DNA of 64,000 bases from Nannocystis pusilla (GTDB lineage: Bacteria; Myxococcota_A; Polyangia; Nannocystales; Nannocystaceae), in NCBI RefSeq assembly GCF_049060185.1, contig NZ_JBMEQO010000002.1. One strand, 5' to 3'. Below the pieces are notes generated by a model. It saw nothing but the letters and a program-made list of their open reading frames with translations. It was not told the DNA's origin and made no database searches. The translations under genes were made by a program, and so were the position numbers. Shown piece after piece: positions 23,366 through 36,911 of this stretch (position 1 is its first letter; the number at the start of each line of letters is the position of its first letter).

Positions 23366-23640
23366 AAGCGTCGATGCGACGGCCAGCCCTGGCCGTCGCA
23401 TCGACGCCGACGCACTGCTTCAGGCGCCGCGAGCGAACGAAGCCGAGCTCGGCGCGGCGGCTCCTCACGGCTGCAGCCGTGCCAGGGGTCCGGGGAAGGG
23501 CCGCTGCAGATTAGAGACAGGATGGGCGCGAGGAACGAGCGTCCATCCTGTCGGTTGACTCGCGGCCGGACCTTCCCGGACCCCGCGAGGCGCAGTCGGC
23601 AGTTAGCGAACCGCCGACCCCAAGCTCCGCTCAGGTCAAG
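23366..23640 (-). repeat. Copy 1 of a ~270-nt highly structured element (4 hairpins). Candidate ncRNA or structured MITE/terminator module at the 3' end of the PfkB kinase gene. It overlaps that gene's stop codon.
   Basis: Second copy at 53423..53706, about 85% identical. Hairpins: 23368..23407 (19-bp perfect arms around GGCCAG-CC-CTGGCC), 23466..23481 (CACGGCTGCAGCCGTG), 23516..23552 and 23559..23589. Compensatory changes between the copies preserve pairing. Confidence 0.55.
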
Positions 23641-24571
23641 CTAGCCCGAGCAAAGTTCGTCAGCGAAGCGAACGTCTCGAAGCGCTTCTGGATCGTCGCC
23701 GCATCGAGCCCCTTCAGCCGGTCGTACGAGAACCCCTCGACGCAGAACGAAGCCATCACCGACCCGTAGATCATCGCCGTGCGCAGCGAGGCCCCGCTCG
23801 TCTCCACCCCGGGGCGGGCCAGATAGCCCATGAAGCCGCCCGCGAAGCTGTCGCCCGCGCCTGTCGGGTCGACCACGTCTTCGAGCGGCAGCGCCGGCGC
23901 CGAGAACACCTCGCCGTCCGCGTCGAACAGCAGCGCCCCGTACTCCCCGCGCTTGATCACCACGTTGCGGGCCCGAGGGCCCGGATCGCCCGGGCCGCCT
24001 TCACGATGTTGTGCTCGCCGCTGAGCTGGCGGGCCTCCTCGTCGTTGAGGGTCAGCACGTCCACGTTCTTGAGCACCGCCTTGAGGTCGTCGTTGGCGAT
24101 CGAGATCCACAGGTTCATCGTGTCGAGGCCGACCAGGCGGGGCCGCTGCATCTGCGCGAACACGTCGCTCTGCAGGCGCGGCTGGATGTTGGCCAGGAAC
24201 AGGAACTCACTGCCGCGGAACTCGTCCGGCAGGCGCGGCTGGAACTTCTCGAACACGTTGAGGTGCGTCTCGAGCGTCGTCCGGTCGTTCATGTTCTCGT
24301 GGTACTGGCCCTTCCAGCGGAAGGTCAGCCCGTCCTGCACGATCTCGAGCCCGGACGTGTCGACGCCCGCGGCCTTGAGGTCGGCCACCGCGTAGTCGGG
24401 GAAGTCGCGCCCGACCACGCCGACCAGCCGCACCTGGGACAGGTACGACGCCGCCATCGCGAAGAAGGTCGCCGACCCGCCGACGCTCTCGGGCCGCTCG
24501 GCGCGGGGCGTGATGATCCAGTCGATGGCGACGCTGCCGACGACGACGAGGTGGGGCTTACTGACGGTCAT
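23631..24571 (-). CDS. PfkB-family carbohydrate/nucleoside kinase (ribokinase fold). One frame change.
   Basis: MTVSKPHLVVVGSVAIDWIITP... and C-terminal DPTGAGDSFAGGFMGYLA (PfkB signature). Confidence 0.7.
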
Positions 24572-24589
24572 GGCTCTCTCTTCGTTGCT

Positions 24590-24660
24590 GTTCGTTCAAA
24601 CATGCCTGAAAGGACAGGCATCGACAGACATGGGCACAGGCACATGTCCTTGGGGACATC
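24590..24660. repeat. REP-like palindrome cluster (2-3 hairpins of the CTGTCC..GGACAG / CATGTCC..GGACAT family) between the PfkB kinase and mtnP genes.
   Basis: catgcctgaaaggacaggcat ... acatgtccttggggacatct. Confidence 0.7.
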
Positions 24661-25587
24661 TCACTCCGGCGCCTGCAGCAGGTGCCCCGCGATCAGGTCG
24701 AGGCGCTTGCGCGTCTCCGCCGGGATCCGCGTCGGATCGGTGATGAGCGCGTGCTGCAGCGCCCGCGGGTACGGCAGCTCCGCGGTCGACACCGGCAGCT
24801 CGGCGGCCACGCGGGCGATGAGCCGGCGCGACAGCGCCACGTTGGCCTTCAGCACCGCGATCACGGCCTCGACGCTGACCTCGCCCTCGCTCTGGTGCCA
24901 GCAGTCGTAGTCGGTGGCCAGCGCGACCAGGGCGTAGGCGATCTCGGCCTCGCGGGCGAGCTTCGCCTCGGGCAGCGCGGTCATGCCGATCACGTGCGCG
25001 CCCCACGAGCGGTACAGGTTGGACTCGGCGCGGGTCGAGAAGGCCGGGCCCTCCATCACCACGCAGGTGCCGCCGACGTGGACCCGGGCGCCCTCGGCCT
25101 CGGCCGCGCCCGCGACGCGGCGCGACAGCCCGGCGTCGACCGGGTCGCCCATCTGCACGTGCGCCACCAGCCCGCCGCCGAAGAAGGTCTGGGCGCGGCC
25201 GGCGGTGCGGTCGATGAACTGGTCGGGGATGACGACGTCGCCGGGCGCGATGTCCTCGCGCAGCGACCCGACCGCCGACACGCTGAGCAGGTGGGTCACG
25301 CCGAGCTGCTTGAAGCCGTGCACGTTGGCGCGGAAGTTGATCTCCGACGGCAGCAGCACGTGCCCGCGCCCGTGTCGCGGCAGGAACACCGCGCGCACCG
25401 GCGGCAGCCCGTCCGCCCGCGGCAGGAGCCCCACCGTGTAGACGTCGGACGGTCGTCCGAAGGGCGTCTCGAGCGCGACCTGCTCGACCTCTTCGAGCCC
25501 CTCGATCTCGTACAGCCCCGAGCCGCCGACGACTCCCAGCACCAGACGATCACGGGCCTCGGGCGAAGCAGGATGCGGGGTCGACAT
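24661..25587 (-). CDS. mtnP: S-methyl-5'-thioadenosine phosphorylase (intact, 308 aa, no frame change).
   Basis: VGGSGLYEI...FLPRHGRGH...MTALPEAKLAREAEIAYALVALATDYDCW, typical of MTAP/PNP family 2. Confidence 0.85.
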   Translation of the reverse strand: MSTPHPASPEARDRLVLGVVGGSGLYEIEGLEEVEQVALETPFGRPSDVYTVGLLPRADGLPPVRAVFLPRHGRGHVLLPSEINFRANVHGFKQLGVTHLLSVSAVGSLREDIAPGDVVIPDQFIDRTAGRAQTFFGGGLVAHVQMGDPVDAGLSRRVAGAAEAEGARVHVGGTCVVMEGPAFSTRAESNLYRSWGAHVIGMTALPEAKLAREAEIAYALVALATDYDCWHQSEGEVSVEAVIAVLKANVALSRRLIARVAAELPVSTAELPYPRALQHALITDPTRIPAETRKRLDLIAGHLLQAPE

Positions 25588-25630
25588 CGGCGGCGAGGAT
25601 ACCGGCGGCCCCCCGACGCGCCAAGCGCCG

Positions 25631-27242
25631 TTGCGCGCGACCCCTCACGCACGATACACAGCGGTCACGGCACCCGAGTTCCATCACGACCGCCGCGGCT
25701 GCGTCGCTGCCGGTCACCCCGTCACCGCAGCGGCCGCCATGCACGCGCTCGCGGCCGGGGGCAACGCGTTCGACGCCGTGCTCGCCGCGCTGATGGCCGC
25801 GTGTGTCGCCGAGCCGGTGCTCGCCTCGCCCGGCGGCGGCGGCTTCATCCTCGCGCTCCCGGCCGGCGGCGAGCCGCGGCTCTACGACGCCTTCGTGCAC
25901 ACGCCGCGCGTGCGCCGGCCGCAGGCCGAGGCCAACGCGCGCGAGGTGATCACCGACTGGGGCACCGCGCAGCAGGCCTTCCACATCGGGGTCGGCTGCG
26001 CCGCCACGCCGGGCCTCGTCGCCGGCATGTTCGCGGTCCACCGCGAGCTCGCGCGCCTGCCCATGCCCGTCATCGCCGCCCCTGCGGTGCAGGCCGCCCG
26101 CGACGGCATCGCAGTGTCGCCGTTCATGGCCTACCTCATGACGCTGGTGGCGCCGATCTACCTCGAGCTGCCGGCTGCCCGCGCGATCTTCGGCGATCCC
26201 GCGGCCGTGGAGGGCGGCGCGCCGACCCCGGTCAAGGCCGGCGGGCGCCTCGTCAACCCTGTCCTCGGGGACATGCTCGAGCAGCTCGCGCGCGAGGGCG
26301 AGGACCTGTTCTACCGCGGCGACGTGGCCGCCGCGATCGTCCGCCAGAGCCGCGAGGCCGGCGGCCACATCACCGCCGACGACCTCGCCGGCTACCGCGT
26401 GCAGGCCCGCGCCCCGCTGCGCCTGCGCTACCGCGACGCCACCCTCCTCACCAACCCGCCGCCGGCCGCCGGCGGCCTGATGATCGCCTTCGCCCTCGCC
26501 TTGCTCTCGGGACATGGCCTGAAGGACATGGGCTTTCAGACAGCCGAGCACGCGGCCCTGCTGGCCCGCGTCCAGGCCGAGACGGTGCGCGCGCGCGACC
26601 GCCGGCCCGCCGCGCGAGGGCGTCGAGGCGACCTGGCTCGGCGGCGACCTGCTGGCCGCCCACGCCGCGGCGCTGGCCGGCCCGCTGCGCAGCCGCGGCA
26701 CCACCCACGTCAGCGTCATCGACGCCGCCGGCAACGCCGCGTCCGCCACCGTCAGCAACGGCGAGGGCTGCGGCGAGATCGTCCCCGGCACCGGCATGAT
26801 GCTCAACAACATGCTCGGCGAGGACGACGTCAACCCGCCCGGCCCGCACGCCTGGCCGCTCGATCAGCGCCTGGCGTCGATGATGTCGCCGACCGCGATC
26901 GTCGGCGACGACGGCAGCCTGCTGGTGTGCGGCAGCGGCGGCTCGAAGCGGATCCGCACCGCCGTCCTCCAGGTCGTCTCCAACGTCCTCGACTTCGGCC
27001 TGCCCCTGCCCGCGGCGATCGCGGCCCCGCGGCTCCACGTCGAGGACGACCACGTCAGCTTCGAGGCCGGCCTCACCCCCGCCGCCGCCGAGACCCTCGC
27101 GGGCCTGTTCGCCCGCACCACCGCCTGGCCCGGCCTCAACATGTTCTTCGGCGGCGTCCACACCGTCCAGCGCGCCAAAGACGGCCGCCTGTCGGGCTTC
27201 GGCGACCCGCGCCGCGACGGCGTCTGCCTCGGCGGCGAGTGA
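25631..27242 (+). CDS. ggt: Gamma-glutamyltransferase family protein. One frame change near 26590.
   Basis: GHPVTAAAAMHALAAGGNAFDA... and the catalytic-Thr region GTTHVSVIDAAGNAASATVSNGEGCG...CGSGGSKRI. Confidence 0.8.
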
Positions 27243-27255
27243 GCGGAGCGGCCGC

Positions 27256-27450
27256 TGTTGGCATGTCGCCCGGGACATGCCCGTAAGCGCATGCCCCCTT
27301 GGACATGCCCTTTGACATGTCCCTCTCGACATGCCCCTCGGGCCAGCGCCGAGGCCGCCCTTCACCGCCTCTCGCGGCATGTCCCGCAGGACATGTCAGC
27401 GCTCTACCCGCGCAGATGTCCCATCGGACATGTCCTTCGCGCCACCATGC
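27256..27450. repeat. REP-like palindrome cluster (~7 units: GGGACATGCCC direct repeats plus CATGTCCCGCAGGACATG and GATGTCCCATCGGACATG hairpins) between convergent ggt and czcA. It overlaps the 3' tail of czcA.
   Basis: Read in the sequence. Confidence 0.7.
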
Positions 27451-30400
27451 CGCCTCGGCCGCACCAGCGACGCCGCGCACGGCAGCACCAGCAGCGTCAG
27501 GAACAGGGTCGACACCAGCCCGCCGACCACGACCGTCGCCAGCGGCCGCTGCACGTCGGAGCCGATCCCGGTCGCCCGCGCCGCCGGGACCATCCCGAGC
27601 AGCGCGACCAGGATCATCAGCAGCAGCGGGCGCACCGCCCGGGCGGCCCCTGCACCGTGTCCTCGACCGCGTCGCCGCCGGCCGCGACCGCGCGGATCGA
27701 CTCGACCAGCAGCACCCCGCTCATCACCGCCACCCCGAACAGCGACACCATCCCGACCGCCGCCGACACGCTGAGGTGGATCCCGCGCAGCCACAGCGCG
27801 AGCACCCCGCCGAGGAGCGAGAACGGCACACACGCCAGCACCAGCAGCGCCCAGCGCAGCGAGCGGAAGGTGAAGCACAGCAGCGCCAGGATGATGCCCA
27901 GCGTCAGCGGCAAGATCACCACCAGACGTCGCCGCGCCCGCGCCAGGTTCTCGAACTGCCCGCCCCACTCGACCCGGTAGCCCGGCGGCAGCTGCAGCGC
28001 CGCCTGCAGCCGCCGCTGCGCCTCGGCCACGAAGCTGCCCTGATCGCGCCCGCGGATGTTGGTGCGCACAGTGACCTGGCGGTGGTTCTCGCGCCGGGCG
28101 ATGATCGTCGCGCCCTCGACCAGCTCGATGTCGGCGACCTCGGCCAGCGGCACTCGACCGCCGCGGCGCGGCGTGATCATCAGGCGCCCGATCGCCTCCC
28201 CGCTGGCGCGCGCCTCCGGGATGAACCGCAGCGCCGCCGCGAACCGCCGCGAGCCCTCGTACACCGTGGCGATCGGCCGCCCGCCGATCGCCAGGCTCAC
28301 CAGCTGCTGCACGTCCGACACGTCGACCCCGTAGCGCGCCATGTCGGCCCGGCGCAGGCGCAGCCGTAGCTGCTCCTGCGCCGCCTCCTGCTCGATCGCG
28401 GTGTCGGCCGCGCCGGCGATCCCGGCCACGATCGCGCGGCTCTGCACCGCCAGCCGCCGCAGCTCGTCGAGGTCGGGGCCGCGGACGATGATCGCCAGGT
28501 CGGCCGACGACCCGGTCGCCGCCTCGGTCGCGTTGTCGAGGATCGGCTGGGTGAAGCTGAACGTGGCCCCGGGGATCGCCGCTCGCAGCCGCCGCGCCAG
28601 CGCCTCGACCAGGTCGGCCTTGACCTGTCCCTTCGGCCACGTGTCGTACGGCTGCAGGTCGACCAAAAACTCGTTGCGGTTGGGCCCGTACGGGTCGGTC
28701 CCCGAGTCGTTGCGCCCGGTCTGCGAGGCGACCCGCCGGACCTCCGGCGACTGCAGCACCAGGCCGCGGATCGTCGTCGCGATCTCGGCCGACTTGAACA
28801 GCGACAGCCCGCGCGGCAGGTTGCAGCGGATCCAGATCGACCCCTCGTCGAGCTGCGGCAGGAACTCGGTGCCGACGCGGCGGCCGACCAGCACCAGCGC
28901 CGCCACCGTCACCACCGCCGCCACCGCCACCACCGGCTTGGCCCGCCGCACCAGGCGCCGAACCAGCCCCGCGTAGCCGGCCGCGATCGCCGACATCACC
29001 CGGCTGGGGCGGCTCTTGACCCCGCGGCGGAACACATAGCTCGCCAGCACCGGCGTCAGCGTCAGGCTCAGCAGCAGCGCGCCGAGCAGGGCAGTGCTGA
29101 CGGTGAACGCCATCGGCGTGAACAGCCGCCGCTCGACCCGCTGCAGCATGAACAGCGGCAGGTACGCGGCGATGATGATCGCCAGCGAGAACGCGATCGG
29201 CCGCGCCACCTCGCGGGCCGCCGCGGCGAACTCGTCCGGCTCGGCCGGCGCCCGCGGATCGGGCCGCTGCTGCAGTCGGTGCACGATCGCCTCGACCATC
29301 ACCAGAGTGCCGTCGACGATGATGCCGAAGTCGAGCGCCCCGAGGCTCAGCAGGTTGGCCGGCACCCCGGCCAGCTTCATGCACACGAACGCGAACAGCA
29401 GCGACAGCGGGATCATCAGCGCCGTCAGCAGCGCCGCGCGCACGCTGGCGAGCAGGAGCACCAGCACGAGCGCGACGATGGTCACCCCCTCGGCCAGCGT
29501 GCGCGAGACGGTGCGCAGCGTCCGACCGACCAGCTCGCTGCGGTCGTAGAAGCCCTCGATGCGGGCCCCGGCCAGCTCCTCGCCGGCGTTCAGCGCGTCG
29601 ACGCGGGCGTGGATGCCCCGCAGCACCTCGCTGGGGTTCTCCCACCGTCGCATCAGCACCACGCCCTCGACCCCGCCCTGGGCCGCGTCGAGGCCGAAGA
29701 TGCCGGTCGGCGGCGCCGGGCCGATCCGCACCGTGGCGACGTCGCGGACGAAGATCGGCACCCCGTCGTCGACCCCGACCACCGTCGAGGCGATGTCCTG
29801 GGCCGACTGGAGCTGGCCGACGCTGCGCACCGCGATCGACTGCTGGCCGTTGTCGATCACCCCGCCGCCGGCGTTCTCGTTGTTGTCCTCGATCGCCGCG
29901 GCGATGTCGTCGATCGACAGGTGGAACTTGTCGAGCGCGAGCGGGTCGAGCTCGACCTGGTACTGCCGGACCTCGCCGCCGAACGTGACGACGTCGGCCA
30001 CCCCGGGCGCCTGCAGCAGCCGCGGCGCCACCACCCAGTCCTGCAGCGTGCGCAGCTGCATCGTCGTCAGCGTGGCGCTCACCAGGTGGTAGCGGAACAT
30101 CTCGCCTATCGCAGTCGACATCGGCCCGAGCGACGACTCCACCCCCGGCGGCAGATCGGCGTCGCGCAGCTTCTCGAGCACCACCTGGCGCGCGACCAGG
30201 TCGTCGATCGCGTCGTCGAAGGTCAGCTCGACCACCGACAGGCCGAAGATCGTCCGCGAGCGGCGTCCGATCACGTGCGGCACGCTGCCGAGGGCTCGCT
30301 CGATCGGCACCGTCACCAGCTGCTCGACCTCCTCCGCCGCGTAGCCCGGCAGCATCGTGATCACCACCACCTGCGTGTCCGACACGTCCGGATAGGCCTC

Positions 30401-30508
30401 GATCTTCAGCGTCGCCAGCGAGTACGCCCCCGCCGCGATCCACACCGCCGCGGCCAGCAGCACCGCGAGGCGGAAGCGCAGGGCGAGGAGCGGCAGCCGT
30501 GTCAGCAT
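27396..30508 (-). CDS. czcA: Heavy-metal efflux RND transporter, CzcA/CusA family (~1035 aa). One frame change near the 3' end.
   Basis: 963-aa ORF 27617..30508 with 12 TMs and [10 protein letters not shown]...; C-terminus [29 protein letters not shown] from ORF 27396... Confidence 0.85.
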
Positions 30509-30514
30509 CGATCC

Positions 30515-31682
30515 TCACTCCGACGGCAGCAGCAACAGGCCGCCGTCGATCACCACCCGCTCGCCGACCTTCGCCCCCTCCGCCAGCCCGAGCCACTCGC
30601 CGCTGCGCGCCCGATCCGCACCGCTCGCACCTCGAAGCGGCCCGGCCCGCGCTCGACCAGCACGACGTCGCCGCCGTCGCGGTGCAGCACCGCCGACTGC
30701 GGCACCGCCGGCATCGACGTCGTCGCCCGCGAGTGACGCACGCGGCCGAACATCTCCGGGCGCAGGCGGCCGTCGGGGTTCGGCAGCGCCGCCTGGACCT
30801 TGATCGTCCGCGTCTTCGGCTCGACGGTGTCGGCGATGCGCACCACCCGGGCCGCGAACGTCTCGCCCGGGTAGGCCGCAAGCTCGGTCTGCATCGACTC
30901 GCCGAGCGCGACGAAGCGGATCAGTTCTCCGGCACGTCGGCCGTCACCAGCACCGCGCTGAGGTCGGCGATCGTCATCAGCGGCTGGGCCGTGTCGGAGT
31001 GGAACTCGCCCGGCGCGACGTGCAGCTCGAGCACCTTGCCGGCGATCGGCGCGCGCACCGAGATCGTGTCGCGCCGATCGCCCGCGACCAGCCCGAGCAG
31101 CCCGAGGTGCCGGCGCGCCTGCTTGCGATCGGCCTCGCTGCGGACCACCGCCGCCCGGGCCTCGGCGTGGGCCGCATCGACGTTGTCGACCTCCTTGCGC
31201 GCCACCGCGTCGTGGGCGAAGAGCCCGTGGACGCGCTCACGATCCGCGGTGGCCTTGACCAGCCCGGCCCGCGCCGCCAGCACGTCGGCCTCGGACTGCT
31301 CGTAGTGGGCGATCGCCGCGTCGGCCTCGGGGCTGTCGAGCACCAGCAGCGCGTCACCGGCCGCCACGCGATCGCCCACGCGGACATCGACCTCGCGCAC
31401 GCGCCCGGTCACCGGCAGGAGCACGTGCGACAACCTGCCCGGATCGATCTCGAGCTGCGCCGGTGACACCACCTCGTCGGTCGACAGCTCGCGCGCAGTG
31501 ACCTCGCCGATCTTCAGGCTCGACAGCATCGGCGAGTCGGCTGGCAGCTCGATCTGCGGCGAACCGCCCGGCACCGCCGCCGGCGCCGACGCGGCCTCGC
31601 GCTGCGGCGTCCGCGGTCGACACGGCCCGAGCGAACCGATAAGCCACATCGCCATCCACCACCCGCGCGTGCTCACTGCCAA
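30515..31682 (-). CDS. czcB: RND membrane fusion protein (CzcB/HlyD family). One frame change.
   Basis: [12 protein letters not shown]..., then a hairpin/beta-barrel region, joined to [57 protein letters not shown] ribosome-binding site precedes the czcA start. Confidence 0.75.
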
Positions 31683-32972
31683 CCTCCGCTCGCAGTCACC
31701 GCCTCGATCTCGTACAGCGCCCGGGCGAACGCCGCCCGCGCCTCGTTGTAGGTCCGGCGCGTGTCGTTATGGGCCCGCTGGGCGTCGATCAGCTCGATCA
31801 GGCTGGCCTCGCCGCGGCGGTACGCGTACTCCGCCGTCGCCAGCACCTGCTCCGCCCGCGCCAGCATCCCGCCCTCGAAGCTCGCCAGCAGCTCGCGCGC
31901 CACCTCGTAGGCCACGTGGGCGTTGGCCGCCTCGATGCGGATCGCCTGTTCGACCGCCAGCGCCTGCAGATCGGCCTGCGCCGCCTGCTGACGGGAGCGC
32001 TCGATCTGCCCCTGATTGCGGTCGAACAGCCGCAGCGGCACCACCACGAAGAACCCGAGCGAGTTGCCGGTGCCGGCCAGGCCTTGCTGGCGCCGCGCCT
32101 CGACGCCGACGCTCAGGTCGATCTTGCCCTCGGCGATCTGGCGGCGCACGTCGAGCTGGGTGAAGCGCTGCTCGTCGTGCGCCGCCCGCAGATCGGGCCG
32201 CTCGCGCAGCGCCGGGCCCGGATCTCCGCCAGCCCCCGCGGCGTCACGTCGGCCCGCATCTCGCCCGTGACGGAGATCGCAGCCGCCGACTCGGTGCGGC
32301 CGAGCAGCAGCGCCAGGTCGTTGCTGGCGACCCGCTGCGCCCCTCCGCCTGCCGCAGCTCGTTGCTCGCCTGCAGCTCGGCGATCTGCGCGCGCGTCAGA
32401 TCGACCTTGGCCAGGTCGCCGTTGGCCACGCGGACCTCGTTGAGCGCGACCACGCGGGCGTACAGGTCGCGGTGCACCTTGGCGAGCTCGACCGCCGCGG
32501 CCGCGTACTGCACGTCGACGCAGGCGCGCTGCACCTCGCGGACCAGCCGGCGGACCGCGTCGCGGAGGCGCTGCTCGGCGACCGCCACGCCGGTCTCCGC
32601 GACCTCGATCCGGCGCTGGCGCTTGCGGCCGACGCGGAACAGCCAGTCGGTGCGGACGAAGAACTCCTCGGGGCCGGCGTGGTTGACGTTGTCGTAGTGC
32701 GTGCCGAGCAGGTCGAGGTGGTCGGCGCCGACGCTGAGCGTCGGGTTCAGGCGCAGCCGCGCCGAGACGATCTCGGCCCGCGCCAGCGGCACCTCGTATC
32801 TCCGGGCCAGCAGCTCCAGGTTGTGCCCCAGCGCCTCGACGACCGCCTCCTCCACGCTCATCGTTTCCACCGGCGTCAGCGGCGCCGCGCTCGCCTGGCC
32901 CGAGAGCCAGACGAGCACGAGCCCCGCGCCGCGGACGCGGAGCCGGCGCGCACGGGCATGCGAGCGAGACAC
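31673..32972 (-). CDS. czcC: Outer-membrane efflux factor (TolC/CzcC family, ~433 aa). 1-2 frame changes. Its stop overlaps the czcB start.
   Basis: Signal peptide MSRSHARARRLRVRGAGLVLVWLSGQASAAP, and OEP-repeat segments LTRAQIAELQASNELRQAEG ... AVTASGGWQ. Confidence 0.75.
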
Positions 32973-33049
32973 GCGACGGTGTTATGCCGGCGGCCCCGGC
33001 CGGCAAGCGGGCGCCCGGTCGCGCCCGGAGCCGCCGGCCGGACGGCGTG

Positions 33050-33310
33050 CTGGCTCTCGGGACATGCTCGTTCGGACAGCTCGAGGCCCCGGCCCGCCGC
33101 CGTTCATCCTCGACGGGTCACCCGCCTCCGCACCTATCTGGCCCGAAGGCCCGCGCTGCTCCCCGCGAGAGCCCGCGAGCACATGCCCCGAGGACACGCC
33201 CGTCTGGCGCCCCGCCTCGGCCGGCCTGCTCCACCGGACATGCCCCATGGAACATGCCCCTTGCGCATGTCCCCGAGCGCATGCCCTTTCAAACATGTCT
33301 CGCGCCCGTC
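33050..33310. repeat. REP-like palindrome cluster (~8 units) upstream of czcC.
   Basis: gggacatgctcgttcggacagctc; cggacatgccccatggaacatgccccttgcgcatgtccccgagcgcatgccctttcaaacatgtctc. Confidence 0.7.
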
Positions 33311-33335
33311 CGGCGCGCCGACCCGACCGCCCCGC

Positions 33336-34219
33336 TCAGAACGAGCCGCGCAGGCTGAGCCCGACGAACCCCGGCGCCAGCGCCGGCGCGAACGCGGTCT
33401 TGGGCTGCGAGCGGCGCTTGAGCCCGACGACCAGCAGGGCCACGCCGGCGCCCGCCAGCAGCGGGGCCAGCACTGCCCCTGCGATGGTCATCGACTCGGC
33501 CGCCTTGCCGCGGTCGAGCAGGTCCTGGCACGACGGCGACGGCATGCTGATCACGCACATGTTGGCCGGGTCGTCGACCTGCTTCTCGAGCGAAGAGACG
33601 CGCGCCCCGCCGACCCCGGCCACGACCGCCGCGCCCACCCCGAGCCCGATCATCACCCCGCCGCCGATCACCAGCCCCTTCCACGGCTTCGGCTCCGGCA
33701 GGTCGTCGGGCGGCGGCGGCGGCAGATCCTCGGGCCCTCGACCGGGCCCTCCTCCGGCGGCTTCTCGGCCGCGGCGGCCGCTTCGGCCTCGGCCAGCCGC
33801 TGCTTGAAGTCGTCGCGCGCCGCCACGATCTTGGGGCTGATGGGCGTCTCGGTCCCGTACGCGCGGGTGAAGCCCTCGCAGTAGGCGTCGAGCGCCTGGG
33901 CCGCCTCGCGCAGCGCCTCCGGCCGCTTCTCGCCCTGCAGCCCGCGCGTGAACGCGTCGACCACGTACTCGTAGACCGCCGCGCGGTTGTCCCGGTGGGC
34001 CGTCGTCTCCTTGAGGTTGGCCGCCGCGGCGATCCACGTGCGCGCCGCCTCGAGGTTCTCGCCGCGGTCGAACTTGGCCTGGCCCTCGGTGAACCCGGCC
34101 TCGAACGCCGCCAGCGCCTTCGAGTCCTGGGCGGGTGCCGCCAGCGCCGGCGAGGGCGCCACCAGAGCGAGCGCGGTGAGGAGAGACAGGACCCGAGAGG
34201 GACGCGTGGCGTGCTTCAT
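33336..34219 (-). CDS. Secreted/membrane protein of unknown function: signal peptide, helical N-domain, Pro-rich linker, one TM helix (GLVIGGGVMIGLGVGAAVVAGVGGA), Cys-containing C-terminus. One frame change.
   Basis: MKHATRPSRVLSLLTALALVAPSPALAAPAQD... (ORF 33668..) joined to ORF 33336..34037. Confidence 0.5.
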
Positions 34220-35016
34220 GTCGTGTGGGGGATGTCCGAAAGGACAGGGCGGATCGGACCGGTGCGCGGCGCCGTCGCAGTCAGCAGGGCGCCTCGGGGG
34301 CGAGGGCCGGGCTGCGGGCAGGGCCGAGGGGGCGGCCCGTCCGGGCCCGCACAGGCGCGGTCGACCTCGACGAGGGCGAGCGACCAGTTGCGGGCGAAGC
34401 GGCGCGACATCCGGGGAAAACCGGCGCGAGTGTACAACACCTCCGCCCGCCGAGCGTCGCGCTGATCCGCGCCGGCGGCGCGCCGCCGGGCCCTCGCAGC
34501 CGCTGCACGGGCCGCTTCCGGCACCCTCGAGACCGACCGCCACCTCGCTGCAGCGCGCCGCCCCGCGTCCGGCTGACTGCGACGCCTTCGCGTTCGTCGT
34601 CGCGGCCCGATCGCAGTCGCAGGCTCTCGCGTCGACCTTCGCCCTGTCATCTCCCGTCGCGTCCGCCAGCCTCGTGCGACGAGCCTGAGGCCCGAAGCCC
34701 CGAGGTCGGCGCACGTGCACGACGATGGGCCCGGCGCGGCGGTCGCTGCCCCCGAACCGCAGCCGGTGGGCAGCGCCGTGGACCCACATCACGGCCGACA
34801 GCCGGGGAGGATCCCGGACACCTGCACTGCCGGCGATCGATCGCCGCGAGCACACCCCAGGCGGTCGACGTTTCGCCGCCAACATGGCAAAAGACGCCGT
34901 TTCAGCGCAGATCCGCCCGCTCGGCGCACCGGCGCCCGCACACCGCCTCGCTCCAGAACGGACTTCGTTCTAGCGTGCAGAACGGCCACGGCTGGTGTAG
35001 GTAAGCGAGACCAGGC

Positions 35017-36719
<1,703 letters not shown>

Positions 36720-36911
36720 GCCCTGCCCGCTGCCCCGGCGACAGCGCACTCGTCCGAGCCCGTGCCCTCCCGGGACGAGCCTGCCGCTCGTCAGCCGCCC
36801 GCCACCCTCTCGTGACGCGGAGCCCGGCCCCGCTTGCGAGCCCGGCGCTGCCTCGACCGTCACGCTCACCTGCCCTTCGTTTCATGACCCAACCACCATG
36901 ACCCAAAGAGC

